64,000 nucleotides of DNA from the NCBI RefSeq assembly GCF_009914755.1, contig NC_060934.1, one strand, 5' to 3'. A program made the translations under genes and the position numbers. Each line of letters opens with the position of its first letter. The stretch's first letter is position 1. The notes beneath the pieces were generated by a model. The model did no database searches. It was not told where the DNA came from and saw only the letters and a list, made by a program, of their open reading frames with translations. This document shows positions 57,955-64,000 of the stretch, one piece after another. Source of the DNA: the human T2T-CHM13v2.0 reference genome, Homo sapiens.

Positions 57955-58200
57955 GGGCTTCTGAGCAGGCTCTCTGGGGCCAATCCCCAAGGATGGGGCT
58001 CTGGCATCCGATGCCCCAAAGCGGTCAAAAGCTTCTTCTCCCCCAGTGCTGATCTTGCTGGGCCTTAGCTTTGGAGGGTAGGGGAGGGAGGGGAGGGAGA
58101 GGGTGGCTGAATGGGGAGGGCAGGAAGGGAGGGTCTGGGGGGAAGGGGCTGGGGAGTGGGGGTGGGAAGCAGTGCGTTGGGGGCCTCGTGTGTAAGTGTG

Positions 58201-58206
58201 AATAAA
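58201..58206 (+). terminator. Polyadenylation signal AATAAA of NUTM2
   Basis: First AATAAA ~250 nt after the stop, followed by GT-rich sequence. Confidence 0.7.
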
Positions 58207-60151
58207 TGTAGTTGTCTTGGAAAATGCTCTTGGGGCTGCTGCCTCTGTCCTCGGTGCTGTGCTGCTCCGTGGAGGGTGTCTGTGAGGGAGGGCAGAGGAA
58301 CTGGCAGATGCCAGGCTCTGGGAACCCACAGGGGCCGGCCCCACTCTTTCCTCCTGATGTAGGGAGCCCCTTCAGATGCTCCAGGGACTGACAGATGCTG
58401 AGGAAGCCCTGATCCCTCCCACTACCGACTCACAAGGCCCTGCCTGCTTTAGGGAGGCTTCTTGGGGCCCCCCATCGTCATCAGCATCCCTGGAAAATCC
58501 TGGGATTGGAGAGAGCTGGCTGGCTCTTGTTCTGCTCGGTGGGAGCTGAGGAGAAGGCAGCCACCTGCAACATGGACATGGGGAGAGGAGGCTGCTCCTG
58601 CTTAACCCTCATCAGGAAGAGCGCGGGCACTGGGCTGAGGGGAGACGTTGAGGTGACCATCCACACAGGTGTGTTTGGGATACGATGATGGGTGGGGAGC
58701 AGGGGAAGTCCTTCTGCCTGTTTCTGGGCAGGAGAGAGTCTTGTCCAACTAGCTAAAGCAGATGCTCCTTGCTGTGGCCACAGGGACTGGCCTCGGGGCC
58801 CTCAAGGTCCTGCATGGAGCCCCCCACAGCTATGATTCCCTTCCCATATGATGACTGAACTCATGTGGAATTGATGTAGACACAGATTTACATTGGTTTC
58901 TAAAACAGTTCCCTCCCAACACACCATCACCAATGGGAACAAACATGTCCAGTCCATCAGGCGCAGGGTGGGTGTTTCTGCTGGTTCCAGGGCCCGGAGG
59001 AGCTGGGGCCCAGGCCAAGAGGGGCCGAGGGTCAGCCGCCCTTCTGCCAGGCACAGACCCCAAGGGCAGAGCAGGGGCTGCCTGGGATGTGGCATTGGCT
59101 GTCTGGGAAGTGACCTGGGAGTTGGGGGCTAGGTGTTCGCCAAAGGGAGACTTCCAGAGTCTACGAGTGAGATGAGGACTGCATCAGGAGAGGGACCGAG
59201 GCTGGGGAGGATGCTCTGCTCTTTCCCAGGTTGTCCTGTCCTCCCAATCTCTGCTGAACTGCCCTCACCCCATGGGCCAACTTCTGCCCCCCTTACCCCT
59301 AACCCACCTCTTAGAATCTCAGATCCCAGCATGGACAGGACCCGGCACCCACCCTGGTTCCCTCCTGGCCAACACCTTCTTCTCCACGGTCTGAGTTCTG
59401 ATTCCTCCCCCAGGGCGCTTATTGGCTCAGGACCCCTGTGACTGCCAGGGCACTGGTCCCAGCACTGCCTGCGTGCAGAGCTGTGGTCACGGCGCTGGGG
59501 GCTGGCCCAGCAGCAGAGGCTGGTGGGGCAAAGCTGTCTGGTACACGGTGGCCTGGCCCCTCGGCCAAGTGACAAAGGGAGCCATGTTTGGGTCCTCTCT
59601 GGCCCCATCTGCCCACAGAACACAGCAGTCAGCCTGACAGATGCCCCTCTGCCCCGTCCCTTCTGCTCGATGTGGGCAGTGTCGGAGGCCTGCTGTCTTC
59701 TGTGGCCTTTGGGAAGGAGAGTTTATCTTGGCAGGGCTTCCCCAGCTCAGTGCACATCAGGCCCTCGGGGAAAATGTGGGGAGCGAAGAGTCACTGGTGG
59801 GTGATGTGGGCAGCTCCCGTGACTCCTCTACATTCAGGGCCATCCTCAAGAGATAAGGTAGCACTGCCCCTTTGCAGGGTTTAGGAATGTTAAGTGAGCC
59901 GTGTTTGAAGGGAACATGGTCCATACTCTGGCGTGTGTGGGTGCCCAGCCAACTTCCTCACCTAAGGGTGAAAGTGACACCTTGGGGCTCCTGCTGGTTA
60001 CCCCACTGGCTGTTGTCTATCCCACTGTCCCTGTCCTTGTCTTGGCTGAGCCATTCCTAGGAAGCAGAACTTGTGCTTCCTCCACCTCTGTGTCCCACCT
60101 GAGCCCTACAATCTGCCCCTAAATGGGCACAGTGGGGCTGACTGGGGGGCT

Positions 60152-60528
60152 CTGGTAGACTGAACATACGTCCCCCGCCCAGTTCCTGTGCTGAAGCCCT
60201 AACCCCCAACGTGATGGTATTTGGAAATGGGGCCTTTGGGAGTTATTCAGGGTTAGAAGAGACCATGAGGGTGGGGCCCTAATGATGGGATTAGGGCCCT
60301 GGTAAGAAGCAGAGACCCCAGAGCTCTCTCTCTCCCTGACACGAGGACACAGTGAGAAGGCGGCCATCTGCAAGCCAGAGAGAGAGCCCTCACCAGAACC
60401 TTGCCCACTGGGATGCTAACCTCGGACTTCCAGCCTCCAGACTGTGACAAATACACTTCTTTTTTTAATATGTGCCACCACCCCCAAGTCTATGGCACTT
60501 TGTCCTAGCAGCCCTATGTGACTAGGAC
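60152..60528 (+). mobile_element. MLT1A/B-type LTR
   Basis: tgaagccctaacccccaacgtgatggtatttggaaatggggcctttggg…gaggacacagtgagaaggcggccatctgcaagcca…ttccagcctccagactgtga. Confidence 0.8.
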
Positions 60529-61064
60529 AAAGTCCATAATCTCAAGAACTTCCTTCATGACTGGTATCTGGAAACTGTGCATCAGAGCCACGGGAAAGAA
60601 AGGCTCGGCCCTTTACAACTGTCAGCACACCTCCACCCCAAGTGCAGTGTATCACACATGAACCAGGAGAGCCTGGGACACAGTGAAAAGGAATCTGTAA
60701 ATACCCATGATGTCATCGCATCCACACTTGGGGAAGCCATGCAGCTTGCTCACAGCAGGTGCTGGGGGTGTGCTGAGGCTCTTGGTCAGCTTGGCCTCCC
60801 TGCTCACACACCCAGGTCACTCTCTGGGAACCAGTGCGGCTGGGGTGGCCCCTGGCAGGTTTGCCTCCAGAGACCCCTCCCTTCACCATTGGATGTCAGA
60901 TCCCCGAAGAAGCCATAGCCTCCTGGGAAACTCCATCTGACAACGTGAGCAAGGCTTGCCCCCGTTAGTGAACATGCTGTGCTTTCTGACAGCTATGAGG
61001 ATGGACTTGATCCAGGTGGCTGCCCTTTTGTAGCTCACTTTGATTCTAACTTCAGCGTTGCATG

Positions 61065-63554
<2,490 letters not shown>

Positions 63555-64000
63555 GCTCTCACATGGCAACTTTGCTGACCAGTACAGGGTGTTCTTGTCC
63601 AGGAGTCCATGGACCCTCAGGCAATCTAGCAAAATTTGGAGTCTGTGATGGGCTTGGAAATTTCAGTGAAGATTTGGGAGTGTCCTAACCCCAGCTATTT
63701 AAGAGCCTCTGCTTTAGATGGTGTGAGGGACCCAACAACCACATTCTATATAGCTGTCCTGGGCATGCTTGGTCTTCCCAGCAATGAATTTTCTGTGGTG
63801 TGGTCTCAGAGCTCACTTCACTCCACCCTGAGACTCTTGCACAGTGAAGTGCAAGGATGTGGCCAGGCCAATTGTCAGCAGTCAGCTCCTGGCCTGCCTA
63901 ACTCAATATAGAGCATGCGTCCACCGTGTGCTACTCTGCTGCCCAGAGTCATCAGGCTCATGAGCCAGATACAAATGCTGAGTCTGGGGCCTGCGTGCCC

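Noticed and set aside
51482-60940. Numerous antisense and intronic ORFs across and downstream of NUTM2
   Set aside because: GC-rich shadow frames of real exons or MLT1 LTR sequence, with no independent splice or homology support.

Overview
Human (primate) genomic DNA from the chromosome 10q NUTM2 segmental-duplication family, most likely the NUTM2B-AS1 / LOC642361 / NUTM2E locus at 10q22.3. Bases 1 to ~45.4 kb are AT-rich and full of Alu, L1, L2 and MaLR repeats, with one large CpG island at ~32.9-34.6 kb. That island carries a (GGC)10 repeat whose context matches the CGG repeat expanded in oculopharyngeal myopathy with leukoencephalopathy (OPML). Bases ~45.9-61 kb are GC-rich and hold an intact 7-coding-exon NUTM2 gene on + (49079-57954, 878 aa). 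Main findings: (1) a real ATG-initiated 62-aa ORF reads the GGC repeat as polyglycine; (2) a chain of minus-strand exons starting in the island reads as one largely open frame, suggesting the antisense lncRNA is a decayed protein-coding gene; (3) plus-strand splice sites can link the repeat-bearing island to the NUTM2 coding exons; (4) a perfect 33-bp inverted repeat brackets NUTM2 coding exons 3-4; (5) several recent micro-duplications and possible duplicon junctions. Gene and repeat-family names come from my recall of the sequences, not from a database search.
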